Assembly (NCBI GenBank): GCA_965227515.1 | Contig: CBDDFZ010000001.1 | Location: forward strand, 992,001 to 1,056,000 | Length of the DNA stretch: 64,000 nucleotides | Reading direction: 5' to 3' | Source: Alphaproteobacteria bacterium | GTDB taxonomy: Bacteria > Pseudomonadota > Alphaproteobacteria > CALKHQ01 | Shown here: one piece after another, positions 50,519-60,267 of the stretch | Layout of the letters: each line of letters starts with the position of its first letter | Position numbering within the stretch: the stretch's first letter is position 1 | Position numbers and translations under genes: made by a program | The notes under the pieces: model-generated | Databases searched by the model: none | The model's input: the letters and a program-made list of their open reading frames with translations, nothing else | Told to the model about the DNA's origin: nothing

Positions 50519-51568
50519 GAGCGGGGTCTTTTTTGGAGGAATCGAAAGGGGATTCCCGACTCGGGGGGTAATCTGATTCAACGTGTTGGTCTTGAGAGGA
50601 GGCTGGCGCGATGGGTCGACCCTATTCGAATGATCTTCGTGAGCGTGCTGTTGCTCGAGTGATGGCCGGTGAGACGGTTCGCTCTGTGGCATCCGCGTTC
50701 GACGTGAGCGTGTCTGCGGTTGTGAAGTGGTCGCAGCGGTATCGGCGCACCGGGAGTGTTGCGCCGGGCAAGGTCGGTGGCCACAAGCGGATCATATTGG
50801 CGCCGCATCGCGACTTCGTGCAGGCCCGTTTGGCAGCCGAGCCGCACCTTCCCTTGCGCTCCTTGCAGCGCGAGCTGGCCGATCGCGGCATCCGGGTGAG
50901 CTACGGCGCGATCTGGCGCTTTGTGCATGCCGAGGGATTGAGCTTCAAAAAAAACCGCGCTGGCCAGCGAGCAGGATCGTCCCGACGTGGCACGGCGGCG
51001 CGCGCGCTGGAAGCGTCATCAGGCAAAGCTTGATCCCGCCCGCCTGGTCTTCATTGACGAGACCTGGGCCAAGACCAACATGGCGCCGTTGCGCGGTTGG
51101 AGCCGGCGCGGTCGTCGCCTCGTCGGCAAGGCTCCGCACGGCCGCTGGCGCACCCTGACCTTCCTCGCTGCCCTGCGCTGCGACCAGCTCACCGCACCGT
51201 GCGTCTTCGACGGCCCGATTAACGGTCAGGCCTTCCTCGCCTATGTCGAGCAGATCCTGGTGCCGACGCTCAAACCCGGCGACATCGTCATCATGGACAA
51301 CCTGGGCAGCCACAAGGGCAAGGCCGTACGGGCCGCCCTGCGCCAGGCCGGCGCAAGGCTGCTCTTCCTGCCGCCCTACAGCCCCGACCTCAATCCCATC
51401 GAGCAGGTGTTCGCCAAACTCAAGCACTTGCTCAGGCGCGCCGCAGAGCGCACCATCGACGACACATGGCGGCGTATCGGAAAACTACTCGACGCGTTCC
51501 AGCCACACGAATGCAACAACTACATCGTCAATGCAGGATACGCTTCCGCCTAAAACGATCCCGCTCTA
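50517..51568 (+). mobile_element. IS630-family insertion sequence with TA target duplication
   Basis: IRL TAGAGCGGGGTCTTTTT and IRR (revcomp) TAGAGCGGGATCGTTTT; TA at both ends; two-frame transposase inside. Confidence 0.93.
50611..51553 (+). CDS. IS630 transposase (orfA HTH + orfB DDE, joined across an A8 run at 50947-50954)
   Basis: orfA MGRPYSNDLRERAV; orfB FIDET, MDNLGSHK and LPPYSPDLNPIE; orfB is in the +1 frame. Confidence 0.92.
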
Positions 51569-52387
51569 AGTAACCTCGGGTAGCGGCGTTTCCTGCAACC
51601 GGCCGCCCAGGCGGATCGGCGCGATCCGGCGCGCCAGCCCGGTGGTGTCGTCGGTTTCCACGAACACGCCGCACAGTGTGGCCGGCGACATCGCCGGCGA
51701 CAACCGCTCGCCCGGCATCTTGTTCACGAAGCGCGCGACGGCGGGCTCCTTCTTCATGCCGATCACCGAATCGTAGTCGCCGCACATGCCGGCGTCGGAC
51801 ATGAAGGCCGTGCCGCCGGGCAGGATCTGCGCATCGGCGGTCGGCACGTGGGTGTGGGTGCCGACCACCAGGCTGGCGCGGCCGTCGCAGAAATGGCCCA
51901 TGGCCATCTTCTCGCTGGTCGCCTCGCCGTGGTGGTCGATCACGATGGCGGCCACGTCACGCCCCAGCCGCTTTTCCGTCAGCACCGCCTCCACGGCGGC
52001 GAACGGGTCGTCCAGCGGGTCCATGTAGAGGCGCAGCATGACATTGACCACCAGCACGGCCCGCCCGTCCGCCAGACCGTAGACGTTGGCGCCGCGCCCC
52101 GGCGTGGCGCGCGGGAAGTTGATCGGCCGCAGCACCCGATGGTCGTGGGCCAGGTGGTCGACGATCTCGCGCTGGTCCCAGACGTGATTGCCGGTGGTGA
52201 TGACGTCGACGCCCGCCTCGTGCAGGCGCAGTGCGATCTTGGCGGTCAGCCCGAAGCCGGCGGCGGCGTTCTCGCCGTTGACGATCACCAGGTCGAGCTT
52301 CAGGTCCCGGCGCAGGCGCGGAATGTGCTCGATGGCGACGTCGCGCCCGGCACGCCCCACGATATCGCCGCAGAACAGGATACGCAT
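51566..52387 (-). CDS. YmdB/TIGR00282-family metallophosphoesterase
   Basis: GDIVG..G, NGEN, TGNHVWD, HGEATSEK, GTHTHVPTAD and D.GMCG motifs. Confidence 0.93.
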   Translation of the reverse strand: MRILFCGDIVGRAGRDVAIEHIPRLRRDLKLDLVIVNGENAAAGFGLTAKIALRLHEAGVDVITTGNHVWDQREIVDHLAHDHRVLRPINFPRATPGRGANVYGLADGRAVLVVNVMLRLYMDPLDDPFAAVEAVLTEKRLGRDVAAIVIDHHGEATSEKMAMGHFCDGRASLVVGTHTHVPTADAQILPGGTAFMSDAGMCGDYDSVIGMKKEPAVARFVNKMPGERLSPAMSPATLCGVFVETDDTTGLARRIAPIRLGGRLQETPLPEVT

Positions 52388-53010
52388 CAGCTTGCGGCGG
52401 CCATGTCGGCGGCAGTATCGGCGGCAACCGGCGCCACGGCCGTGCCACGCTCGGTAACGATGCGGTCGCACGGCTGATCGGTGGCCTCGCGCGGCACATG
52501 CGGCATGCGCTGGCCGGCATAGGCCACGCCGATGGCGGCGACATTGCGGGTCGGCCGGGCGGCGGCCAGGGTGCGGTCGTAGTAGCCGCCGCCATAGCCC
52601 AGGCGGTAGCCGGCGTCGTCGAACGCCAGCATCGGGATCAGCATGATATCGGGCTCCAGCACTTCGGCATCGTCAGTGGGCTCGCTGAGGCCCCAGGCGC
52701 GGGTGATCATGCGCGCGCCGGGCGACCAGCGGCGGAACACCAGCGGCTGGCCGCGCGGGGTCACCACAGGCATGGCGCAGATGGCGCCAGCCTCGTGCAA
52801 GGCGTACATCGTCGGCAGGACGTCGATCTCGCTGCCGATCGGCATGTAGGCCGACACGATCCTGCCGCCGGGCGCGGGCACGCAACCGGCCAGGTGCCGC
52901 CACAGGCTGGCGCCGGCATCGGGCGCGCTCGCGGCCAGTCCTGCGCGGCGGCGCTCGGCCTGTTGCCGCAGTGCCGCCTTGTCGGCGGATATGGATGCCG
53001 TTTCGGCCAA
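52387..53010 (-). CDS. fau: 5-formyltetrahydrofolate cyclo-ligase (start approximate)
   Basis: K.ALR, SE.D and PMLAFD..GYRLGYGGGYYDRTL motifs; classic position downstream of 6S RNA. Confidence 0.93.
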   Translation of the reverse strand: MAETASISADKAALRQQAERRRAGLAASAPDAGASLWRHLAGCVPAPGGRIVSAYMPIGSEIDVLPTMYALHEAGAICAMPVVTPRGQPLVFRRWSPGARMITRAWGLSEPTDDAEVLEPDIMLIPMLAFDDAGYRLGYGGGYYDRTLAAARPTRNVAAIGVAYAGQRMPHVPREATDQPCDRIVTERGTAVAPVAADTAADMAAAS

Positions 53011-53094
53011 GGGCGCGTCACACTCCGAACGTGGGTTGCGATTGTCAGGCCGGGTCGGGTCGGTTCCGGTCCGGTCCTGAGGCGGCGGGGTCGC

Positions 53095-53255
53095 CCAGCC
53101 GAGCCGTACCTGCCGTCGGCGAAAATTCCCTCTAGGCCTGTCACTGACAGGTGGGCGCCGTGTAGCCGCGGCCACGACCGCGGCAGGGACAGCTCCCATA
53201 GAGGAGACATTGGCCCCGGGGAATTGGTACCTGACGCACAGGACAGCCCGACCGG
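53095..53255 (-). ncRNA. ssrS: 6S RNA
   Basis: Lies between zapA and fau. The ends pair (CCGGTCGGGCTGT / ACGGCTCGGCTGG) and it contains the alphaproteobacterial 6S-like blocks TTCCCCGGGGCC, GGGAGCTGTCCCTG and GGCGCCCACCT; ~160 nt. Confidence 0.88.
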
Positions 53256-53339
53256 TAGCGCGGACCCTAGCGCAAAAAACGTTGCGATTGTATTGGATTC
53301 TCAGGGTCTTGAGAGACCGCCGGGCAGCGGCCTGCACCG

Positions 53340-53711
53340 CTATACCCGCAGCGTTTCCAGCCGGGCGGCCAGCTCTTCCAGGCGCGCGCTTGCCTGGTCC
53401 AACGCGCCGGCGGCGGCATCGTCGCCGTTGGCCATCGGGTTGCCACCATTTGGGCGGCCGGCACCCTCCCCGCCATCTGCGACCGTGCGGCGCAGGTCGT
53501 CGAGCTCGTTGTAGATATCGGCCATTTCGTCGGCGACCAACAGGCTCGTCAGCACCATCAGATGGGTCTCGCTGAAGGTGCCGGAGGCATCGGCCAGCCG
53601 GGTCGCGCGCTCGTCGATGTACTTGGCGAGGATGCGCAGGTGGTCTTCCTGCCCATCGTCGCAGGCGACCTTGTAGGTCTTGCCGTGGATGATGACGTCG
53701 ATCCTGGCCAT
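53340..53711 (-). CDS. zapA: Cell division protein ZapA
   Basis: I.GKTYKVACDDGQEDHL..LA..ID and LMVLTSLLVADE. Confidence 0.92.
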   Translation of the reverse strand: MARIDVIIHGKTYKVACDDGQEDHLRILAKYIDERATRLADASGTFSETHLMVLTSLLVADEMADIYNELDDLRRTVADGGEGAGRPNGGNPMANGDDAAAGALDQASARLEELAARLETLRV

Positions 53712-53746
53712 GGCGGCGCGTCGGCTCCTGTAGCGGGTCTGGCGGG

Positions 53747-53983
53747 TCAGCCGTCGCGGCCGTCGCCCGATGCCTGGCTCAGAATGCCATCGATCTCGGC
53801 GATGGCATCGTCCAGGCCGGCAACGACCTCGGCGGTCACTTCGCTCAACGCGTCATAGCGCGCGCGCCAGGGTGTTTCATCAATCGCCCCCGCCGGCGCC
53901 TCGCTGACCTTGGCGTCCACGGCGGCCTGCACACGGGCGATGGCGGCTTCCAGGCGTTTCTTCGACTCATCTATGCGCGACAT
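53747..53983 (-). CDS. Small coiled-coil protein upstream of zapA (DUF4164-like)
   Basis: MSRIDESKKRLEAAIARV...LDDAIAEIDGIL; conserved position before zapA. Confidence 0.7.
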   Translation of the reverse strand: MSRIDESKKRLEAAIARVQAAVDAKVSEAPAGAIDETPWRARYDALSEVTAEVVAGLDDAIAEIDGILSQASGDGRDG

Positions 53984-54195
53984 GAAGCCTCGAAGTGTTG
54001 GGGGGCTCGGGCTCGACAGCGGGTCCGCCCACGGGCCTTCGCGATCCCACGCGCAATGCGCATTGCGGCTCCATTGGGCCCCACCGTGCATCTCGCGCTG
54101 ACAGCACCTGTCCCGGGCCCGCGACACTCATAGGCGTTGACCGACAACATAGGCTTGCGGCAAAACCACCGTCAACACGCGCGCATCCGATCAAT

Positions 54196-54279
54196 CCCGA
54201 CAATGTTGGCCCGACAATGTTGGCCCGACCGCGCCCGCCCGATAGAGTTCGCCCGATCGTGTTGGCCCGACAGCGTTGA
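54196..54279. repeat. Six tandem 14-bp units (consensus CCCGACANTGTTGG)
   Basis: cccgacaatgttgg x2, cccgaccgcgcccg, cccgatagagttcg, cccgatcgtgttgg, cccgacagcgttga, in exact 14-bp register. Confidence 0.85.
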
Positions 54280-54393
54280 ACGGATCGCCGGGGGGCCGCA
54301 CAGCCGCTGGCGGCCGGTCAACGCGTCGCTCCGGACCGCTTCGATATGACCAGGGCCCGCCGCCGCGGGCGAATTGTGTGGAGTAGTGTTTTC

Positions 54394-56439
54394 ATGGCCG
54401 CATCGACTGCCGCTTCAGCCACCGGACCCGCAGACGTGACCCATGCCGATCTGGCCAACGCGATCCGCGCGCTGTCCATGGATGCGGTGCAGGCGGCGAA
54501 TTCGGGCCATCCCGGGGCGCCGATGGGCATGGCCGACATGGCGACGGTGCTGTTCCGCGACGTGCTGAATTACGACGCCGCCAGCCCGAACTGGCCCGAC
54601 CGCGACCGCTTCGTGCTGTCCAACGGCCATGGGTCGATGCTGCTCTATTCGCTGCTGTACCTGACCGGCTATCCGGAAATGACGATCGAGGAGATCAAGA
54701 ATTTCCGCCAGTGGGGTGCACGCACCGCCGGCCACCCGGAATACGGCCATGCGCCGGGCATCGAGACCACGACCGGGCCGCTGGGCCAGGGCCTGGGCAA
54801 CGCGGTCGGCATGGCGATGGCGGAACGGCGGATGGCGGCCGAGTTCGGCAGCGACCTTGTCGATCACCATACCTATGCATTTGCCGGCGATGGCTGCCTG
54901 ATGGAGGGCATCTCCCAGGAGGCGATTTCGCTGGCCGGTCATCTGAAGCTCGGCCGCCTGATCGTGCTGTTCGACGACAACGGCATTTCCATCGACGGCG
55001 ACCTGGCGTTGGCCTCGTCGGAGGACCAGCAGGCCCGCTTCGCCGCCGCCGGCTGGCACGTGCAGGCCATCGACGGCCATGACCCGGATGCGATCAAGGC
55101 CGCACTGGAGGCGGCGAAGGCGGCCGGCGACCGCCCGTCGATGATCGCCTGTCGCACGGTCATCGGCTACGGCTCGCCCAACAAGGCAGGGACCGGCGGC
55201 GTGCACGGTGCCGCCCTTGGCGATGCCGAGATCGCGCTGACGCGCGAGAAGCTCGGCTGGCCGCATCCGCCGTTCGAGATCCCGGCGCCGATCCTGGAGG
55301 CGTGGCGCGGTTTCGGCCGGCGCGGGTCCGATGCGCGCTCGGCGTGGTCGGACCGGCTGGCGGCGGCCGACGACCATGCGCGCGCCGAGTTCCAGCGCCG
55401 GATCGACGGCGACCTGCCGGCCGGCCTGGCCAGCACGGTGACGGATGCGCGGGCCACGCTCGTCGCCGAGAAACCGAAGGTCGCCACCCGTGTCGCGTCG
55501 CAGAACGCGCTGGAGGTGCTGGCCCCCGAACTTCCGGAGTTGATGGGTGGGTCTGCCGACCTGACCGGGTCCAACAACACCCGCACCAAGGCGTTCGAGA
55601 TGACGGCGTTTTCCGCCGACAGCTACGACGGCAACTATGTGCACTACGGCATCCGCGAGCACGGCATGGCGGCCGCCATGAATGGCATCGCGCTCCACGG
55701 CGGGCTGATCCCCTATGGCGGCACCTTCCTGGTGTTCACCGACTATCTGCGCCCCTCGCTGCGGCTGGCCGCGCTGATGGGCCAGCGCGTGATCCACGTG
55801 ATGACCCACGATTCCATCGGTTTGGGCGAGGACGGGCCGACCCACCAGCCGGTGGAGCACCTGGCCGCCCTGCGCGCGATGCCCAATGTCTTCGTGTTCC
55901 GGCCCGCCGACGCGGTGGAGACGCTGGAGTGCTGGTATCTGGCGCTGGAGCGGCGCGGCGGCCCCTCGGTGCTGGCGCTCACGCGTCAAGGATTGCCGGT
56001 TGTGCGCGAGGCCGACGTGGCGGGCACCGATGCCGACTTCGCCTGCCGGCGCGGCGGCTATCTGCTGCGCAAGCCGGCGGAGGATCGCCAGGTGACGCTG
56101 ATGGCATCGGGCTCGGAGGTTGAAATCGCGCTTGCCGCCGCCGACCTGTTGGAGCAGGAAGGCTGGGCGGTGGCGGTCGCGTCCATGCCCTGCATCGAGC
56201 TGTTCGACGAGCAGTCGGACGTCTATCGCAAGTCGGTGCTGGGCACAGCACCGCGGGTGGCGGTCGAGGCCGCGCTGATGATGGGCTGGGACCGGCTGGT
56301 CGGCCCGCATGGGGCGACGGTCGGCATGACCGGGTTCGGCGCATCGGCGCCGGCGGATGAGTTGTACGAGCGTTTTGGCATTACACCGGCCGCGGTGGCC
56401 GACGCGGCACGCGCCGCGCTGCGCCGCGCCGCCAAATAG
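54394..56439 (+). CDS. tkt: Transketolase
   Basis: [32 protein letters not shown] and [18 protein letters not shown] motifs. Confidence 0.98.
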   Translation: MAASTAASATGPADVTHADLANAIRALSMDAVQAANSGHPGAPMGMADMATVLFRDVLNYDAASPNWPDRDRFVLSNGHGSMLLYSLLYLTGYPEMTIEEIKNFRQWGARTAGHPEYGHAPGIETTTGPLGQGLGNAVGMAMAERRMAAEFGSDLVDHHTYAFAGDGCLMEGISQEAISLAGHLKLGRLIVLFDDNGISIDGDLALASSEDQQARFAAAGWHVQAIDGHDPDAIKAALEAAKAAGDRPSMIACRTVIGYGSPNKAGTGGVHGAALGDAEIALTREKLGWPHPPFEIPAPILEAWRGFGRRGSDARSAWSDRLAAADDHARAEFQRRIDGDLPAGLASTVTDARATLVAEKPKVATRVASQNALEVLAPELPELMGGSADLTGSNNTRTKAFEMTAFSADSYDGNYVHYGIREHGMAAAMNGIALHGGLIPYGGTFLVFTDYLRPSLRLAALMGQRVIHVMTHDSIGLGEDGPTHQPVEHLAALRAMPNVFVFRPADAVETLECWYLALERRGGPSVLALTRQGLPVVREADVAGTDADFACRRGGYLLRKPAEDRQVTLMASGSEVEIALAAADLLEQEGWAVAVASMPCIELFDEQSDVYRKSVLGTAPRVAVEAALMMGWDRLVGPHGATVGMTGFGASAPADELYERFGITPAAVADAARAALRRAAK

Positions 56440-56459
56440 CAGAATCGGAGGAATTGGAC

Positions 56460-57470
56460 ATGGCAGTGCGTGTCGCCATCAACGGCTTCGGCCGGATCGG
56501 CCGGCTGGTCCTGCGGGCCGCATACGAGCAGGGCCGCGACGACCTGGAATTCGTCGCCATCAACGACCTGGGCTCGGTGGAAGCCAACGTGCACCTGGTC
56601 AGCTTCGACAGCGTGCACGGCCCCTATCCGGGCAACGTCAGCCACGGCGACGACTGGATGGACCTGGGCAAGGGCAAGATCAAGGTGCTGGCCGAGCGCG
56701 ACCCGACCAAGCTGCCCTGGGGCGAGCTGGGCATCGACGTGGTGATGGAGTGCACCGGCATCTTTACCTCGAAGGAAAAGGCGTCGATGCACCTGGAGGC
56801 CGGCGCCAAGCGGGTGCTGGTGTCCGCGCCGGCCAGCGGTGCCGACATCACGGTCGTCTACGGCGTCAACGACGACAAGCTGGAGGCCGGCCACAAGGTC
56901 GTGTCCAACGCGTCGTGCACCACCAACTGCCTGGCGCCGGTGGCCTATGTGCTGAACCAGGCGATCGGCATCGAGCGCGGGTTCATGACCACCATCCACT
57001 CCTACACCGGCGACCAGCCGACCGTGGACACGCTGCACAAGGACCTGCGCCGCGCGCGGGCGGCGGCGGTGTCGATGATCCCGACCAGCACCGGTGCGGC
57101 CAAGGCGGTCGGCCTGGTGCTGCCTGAGTTGAACGGCAAGCTGGACGGTACCGCGATCCGGGTGCCGACGCCGAACGTCTCGCTGGTCGACTTCAAGTTC
57201 GACGCGGCGCGCGAAACCTCGGTCGACGAGGTCAACGGCGCCATCCAGCAGGCGACCGGAGGCCGGCTGAAGGGCATTCTCACCGCCAACGACAAGCCGC
57301 TGGTCTCCACCGACTTCAACCACAACCCGTCCAGCTCGACCTTCGACCTGACCCAGACCCAGGTGCTGGAGGGCAAGTTCGTGCGCGTGCTGTCGTGGTA
57401 CGACAACGAATGGGGCTTCTCGACGCGCATGTCCGATACGGCCATCGCCATGGGTGCGCTGGACGGCTGA
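56460..57470 (+). CDS. gap: Type I glyceraldehyde-3-phosphate dehydrogenase
   Basis: [21 protein letters not shown] and WYDNEWGF motifs. Confidence 0.98.
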   Translation: MAVRVAINGFGRIGRLVLRAAYEQGRDDLEFVAINDLGSVEANVHLVSFDSVHGPYPGNVSHGDDWMDLGKGKIKVLAERDPTKLPWGELGIDVVMECTGIFTSKEKASMHLEAGAKRVLVSAPASGADITVVYGVNDDKLEAGHKVVSNASCTTNCLAPVAYVLNQAIGIERGFMTTIHSYTGDQPTVDTLHKDLRRARAAAVSMIPTSTGAAKAVGLVLPELNGKLDGTAIRVPTPNVSLVDFKFDAARETSVDEVNGAIQQATGGRLKGILTANDKPLVSTDFNHNPSSSTFDLTQTQVLEGKFVRVLSWYDNEWGFSTRMSDTAIAMGALDG

Positions 57471-58163
57471 GTGCCGAGTTCGGTCGATATGGCCGATATC
57501 AAGGTGGCCGATGTGGGTGGCCGGCAAGCCGACGACACTGGGGATCTGCGTCGGTCCATGCGGCCGGACATGCTGGTGGTCGCCGGCCTGGTGCCGGCCG
57601 GGTCGCGGGTGCTGGACGTGGGTTGCGCCGACGGTGCGCTGCTGCACTTCCTGACCACCACCAAGCAGGTCGACGGGCGCGGCATCGAACTCAGCCAAGC
57701 CGGCGTCGAGGCGGCCGCCCGGCGCGGCCTGTCGGTGGTGCAGGGCGATGCCGACCGCGACCTCGCCGAATACCCCAGCGACGCCTTCGACGTGTGCATC
57801 CTCAGCCAGACCATCCAGGCGACCCATGCGCCGCGCAAGGTGCTGGAGAACCTGTTGCGCATCGGCAAGAGCGCCATCGTCTCGCTGCCGAATTTCGGCT
57901 ATTGGCGGCTGCGCTGGAAGCTGGTGACGACCGGGCGGATGCCGGTGACCGACCGGTTGCCGGACCCGTGGTACGCCACGCCCAACATCCACTTTTGCAC
58001 GATTGCCGATTTTCTCGACCTGTGCCGCACCATGGGGATCAGCGTGCGCGAGGCCATCGGCCTGGACGAGGATGGCCGCCGCATCGCCACCTCGGCGCGC
58101 AGCCGGTGGGGCAATCTGAAATGCGCGCAGGCCGTGTTCCTGCTGACGCGGCCGAAGAACTGA
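57471..58163 (+). CDS. metW: Methionine biosynthesis protein MetW (methyltransferase fold)
   Basis: RVLDVGC.DG.LL, VQGDAD, ILSQTIQA, PNFGYW and WYATPNIHFCTI.DF motifs. Confidence 0.9.
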   Translation: MPSSVDMADIKVADVGGRQADDTGDLRRSMRPDMLVVAGLVPAGSRVLDVGCADGALLHFLTTTKQVDGRGIELSQAGVEAAARRGLSVVQGDADRDLAEYPSDAFDVCILSQTIQATHAPRKVLENLLRIGKSAIVSLPNFGYWRLRWKLVTTGRMPVTDRLPDPWYATPNIHFCTIADFLDLCRTMGISVREAIGLDEDGRRIATSARSRWGNLKCAQAVFLLTRPKN

Positions 58164-58179
58164 AGACGGAGGGTTGACG

Positions 58180-58539
58180 ATGGACGGCGCCACGGTGCTC
58201 GACGACGCGGTGCTGGCCGAACTCGCCGACGATGTCGGCGCCGACCTGCTGCCCGAGTTGATCGAAACCTTCCTGGAAGAAACCCGCGAACGCCTGGTGC
58301 TGATGGCGACCATGTGGAGCGAGGGGAATATTGCCGGCCTTGGCCACGAGGCGCACACCCTGAAGAGCACGTCCGGCAGCTTCGGCGCGCTCGCCCTGCA
58401 GGCCGCCGCCGCCCGGCTGGAGGCTGCCTGTGAGACCAACGACGCAATCGCGGGCGATGTCGTCGGCGCTTATGCCGATGCGGTCGAGGTGCGCGGCCCC
58501 GAGGCGGTAAGCGCGTTCGCGGCGCGGTTGAGGGGGTAG
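58180..58539 (+). CDS. Stand-alone Hpt phosphotransfer protein
   Basis: AHTLKSTSGSFGA motif; LE.AC. Confidence 0.88.
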   Translation: MDGATVLDDAVLAELADDVGADLLPELIETFLEETRERLVLMATMWSEGNIAGLGHEAHTLKSTSGSFGALALQAAAARLEAACETNDAIAGDVVGAYADAVEVRGPEAVSAFAARLRG

Positions 58540-58606
58540 CACGGCAGGAAGCGGTGCGCGTGAAGCTAAGTGAAACCCGGGTTTCGCTCCGCTTCACCCA
58601 GGCTAC
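58536..58606. repeat. GTAG-type REP between convergent Hpt and HEPN genes
   Basis: Minus strand GTAGCCTGGGTGAAGCGGAGCGAAACCCGGG matches the REP at 7178-7264. Confidence 0.75.
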
Positions 58607-58959
58607 GGAGTCTTGTTGCTCAACTCGGCGAGGATTTGCGCGCACGCCTTGCTCAAGGCCGCCAGGTCGTACTCGACGATTTCCCAAACTGTCTTCAGAT
58701 CGATTTCGCCGTACTCATGGCGCGCGATGTTGCCAAAGCCACGAATGCCCGACCAATCCAGACCCGGCGCGTGTTCCTCGGCATGATAGCCAATTCTTCT
58801 GGCTGCTTCGGAAATGCACTGCAGAGAATAGATTACGGACCGTTGAGTGCGCGCGTCGCGCACGAAACCGTCGAACCCGATGCCGTCGACGTCGCTCGTG
58901 ATGGCTGCAATGTATTCCTGAATATCCCGATAGTGCCGCGATGGATCGCTAGAATGCAC
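58603..58959 (-). CDS. HepT-like HEPN (DUF86) protein
   Basis: ISEAA..I, W..IRGFGNIARHEYGEID..VWEIV..DL..L; overlaps the MNT stop. Confidence 0.85.
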   Translation of the reverse strand: MHSSDPSRHYRDIQEYIAAITSDVDGIGFDGFVRDARTQRSVIYSLQCISEAARRIGYHAEEHAPGLDWSGIRGFGNIARHEYGEIDLKTVWEIVEYDLAALSKACAQILAELSNKTP

Positions 58960-59275
58960 GCACCGATTCCTCCGAGATTCGCTCTCTCAGGCTCTCGCGA
59001 TAGATCGGGAACACCACCAAATCGACGTGTCGACCTAACAACTTGGTCAGCCAATCGCGCAGGTCCTCCACCAGCGTAATTTGGCGAAATCCTTTCTGGC
59101 GCGCCGAGTCCTTCATGTGAATGCACAGGTCGACGTCCGACGACGGTCCGTCTTCATCGCGCGCTACCGATCCGAATATGTCGACGTGCTCGACGCCTTG
59201 TGCCGTGAGCTGGTCCCGGTGTGACAGCAAAGTATCGATGATGTGCTGGCGAGTGTGACGATCGCGGCGGGTCAT
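58949..59275 (-). CDS. Minimal nucleotidyltransferase (MntA-type antitoxin)
   Basis: GS-X10-DXD (GSVARDEDGPSSDVD) and LLGRHVDLV motifs. Confidence 0.88.
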   Translation of the reverse strand: MTRRDRHTRQHIIDTLLSHRDQLTAQGVEHVDIFGSVARDEDGPSSDVDLCIHMKDSARQKGFRQITLVEDLRDWLTKLLGRHVDLVVFPIYRESLRERISEESVRAF

Positions 59276-59343
59276 TTCCCAGATATCGTGAGTTTGGCGC
59301 ATACTTCAAGCTCACCCGGCATCTCGCACCCTTGCCGCGGCGG

Positions 59344-60216
59344 CTATCTGGTCGGGACGGGCTTTTCGCCGGAGTAGTCGTAGAAGCCGCGGCCGACCTT
59401 GCGGCCCAGCCAGCCGGCCTCGACATACTTCACCAGCAGCGGGCAGGGCCGGTACTTGCTGTCGGCCAGCCCCTCGTGCAGCACATGCATCACCGACAGG
59501 CAGGTGTCGAGGCCGATGAAGTCGGCCAGTTCCAGCGGGCCCATCGGGTGGTTGGCGCCCAGTTTCATCGAGACGTCGATGGACTGCACCGAGCCGACGC
59601 CCTCGTAGAGGGTGTAGACCGCCTCGTTGATCATCGGCAGCAGGATGCGGTTGACGATGAAGGCCGGGAAGTCCTCCGACACGGTCGGCGTCTTGCCGAG
59701 CCGCTCCGCGAGGTCATGCACGGTCTTGAAGGTCGCCTCATCAGTGCCGAGCCCGCGGATCAGCTCCACGAGTTGCATGATCGGCACCGGGTTCATGAAG
59801 TGCATGCCCATGAACTTGGCCGGCCGGTCGGTCGCCGCGGCCAGCCGCGTGATCGGGATCGACGAGGTGTTGGACGCGATGATGGTTTCCGGCGGCAACT
59901 CCGCGCACAGCTTCTCGAAGATCGACCGCTTGACCTGCTCGTCCTCGGTCGCTGCCTCGATCGCCAGGTCGCAGTCCGACGCGGCGGACAGTTCCAGCGC
60001 GCCCGACAGGTGCCCCATCGCCGCTTCCGCCGCCTCGGCCTCCATCTTGTCGCGCGAGACGAGGCGCTTCAGGCCCTTCTCGATGTGCGCGCGCGCCCGG
60101 TCCAGCTGCTGCTGCGACACATCGATCATCACGACGTCGATGCCGGCGACGGCGGATACTTGTGCGATGCCGGCGCCCATCTGGCCGGCGCCGATGACGG
60201 CAATCTTGTCAACCAT
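59344..60216 (-). CDS. hbd: 3-hydroxybutyryl-CoA dehydrogenase
   Basis: IGAGQMGAGIA, SNTSSI, GMHFMNP and HPMGPL.LADFIGLD motifs. Confidence 0.93.
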   Translation of the reverse strand: MVDKIAVIGAGQMGAGIAQVSAVAGIDVVMIDVSQQQLDRARAHIEKGLKRLVSRDKMEAEAAEAAMGHLSGALELSAASDCDLAIEAATEDEQVKRSIFEKLCAELPPETIIASNTSSIPITRLAAATDRPAKFMGMHFMNPVPIMQLVELIRGLGTDEATFKTVHDLAERLGKTPTVSEDFPAFIVNRILLPMINEAVYTLYEGVGSVQSIDVSMKLGANHPMGPLELADFIGLDTCLSVMHVLHEGLADSKYRPCPLLVKYVEAGWLGRKVGRGFYDYSGEKPVPTR

Positions 60217-60267
60217 GGTCTCTCACTACGTGTGGTGCACGGCCGGCCCCGGTTGCCCCATCGGGCG

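Noticed and set aside
53045-53080. 5-bp CCGGT/CGGGT microrepeat downstream of 6S RNA
   Set aside because: Short, degenerate and plausible by chance or slippage in GC-rich DNA.
53011-53337. N-terminal extension of the fau ORF
   Set aside because: It runs through the 6S RNA gene and is non-coding.
54196-54279. Possible CRISPR array
   Set aside because: Units are contiguous 14-mers without spacers, and there are no cas genes.
17949-57877. Other long antisense or alternate-frame ORFs (e.g. 17949-20039, 25112-27160, 30054-31934, 32284-34086, 54415-56310)
   Set aside because: Each overlaps a well-supported gene on the opposite strand; an artefact of stop-codon scarcity.
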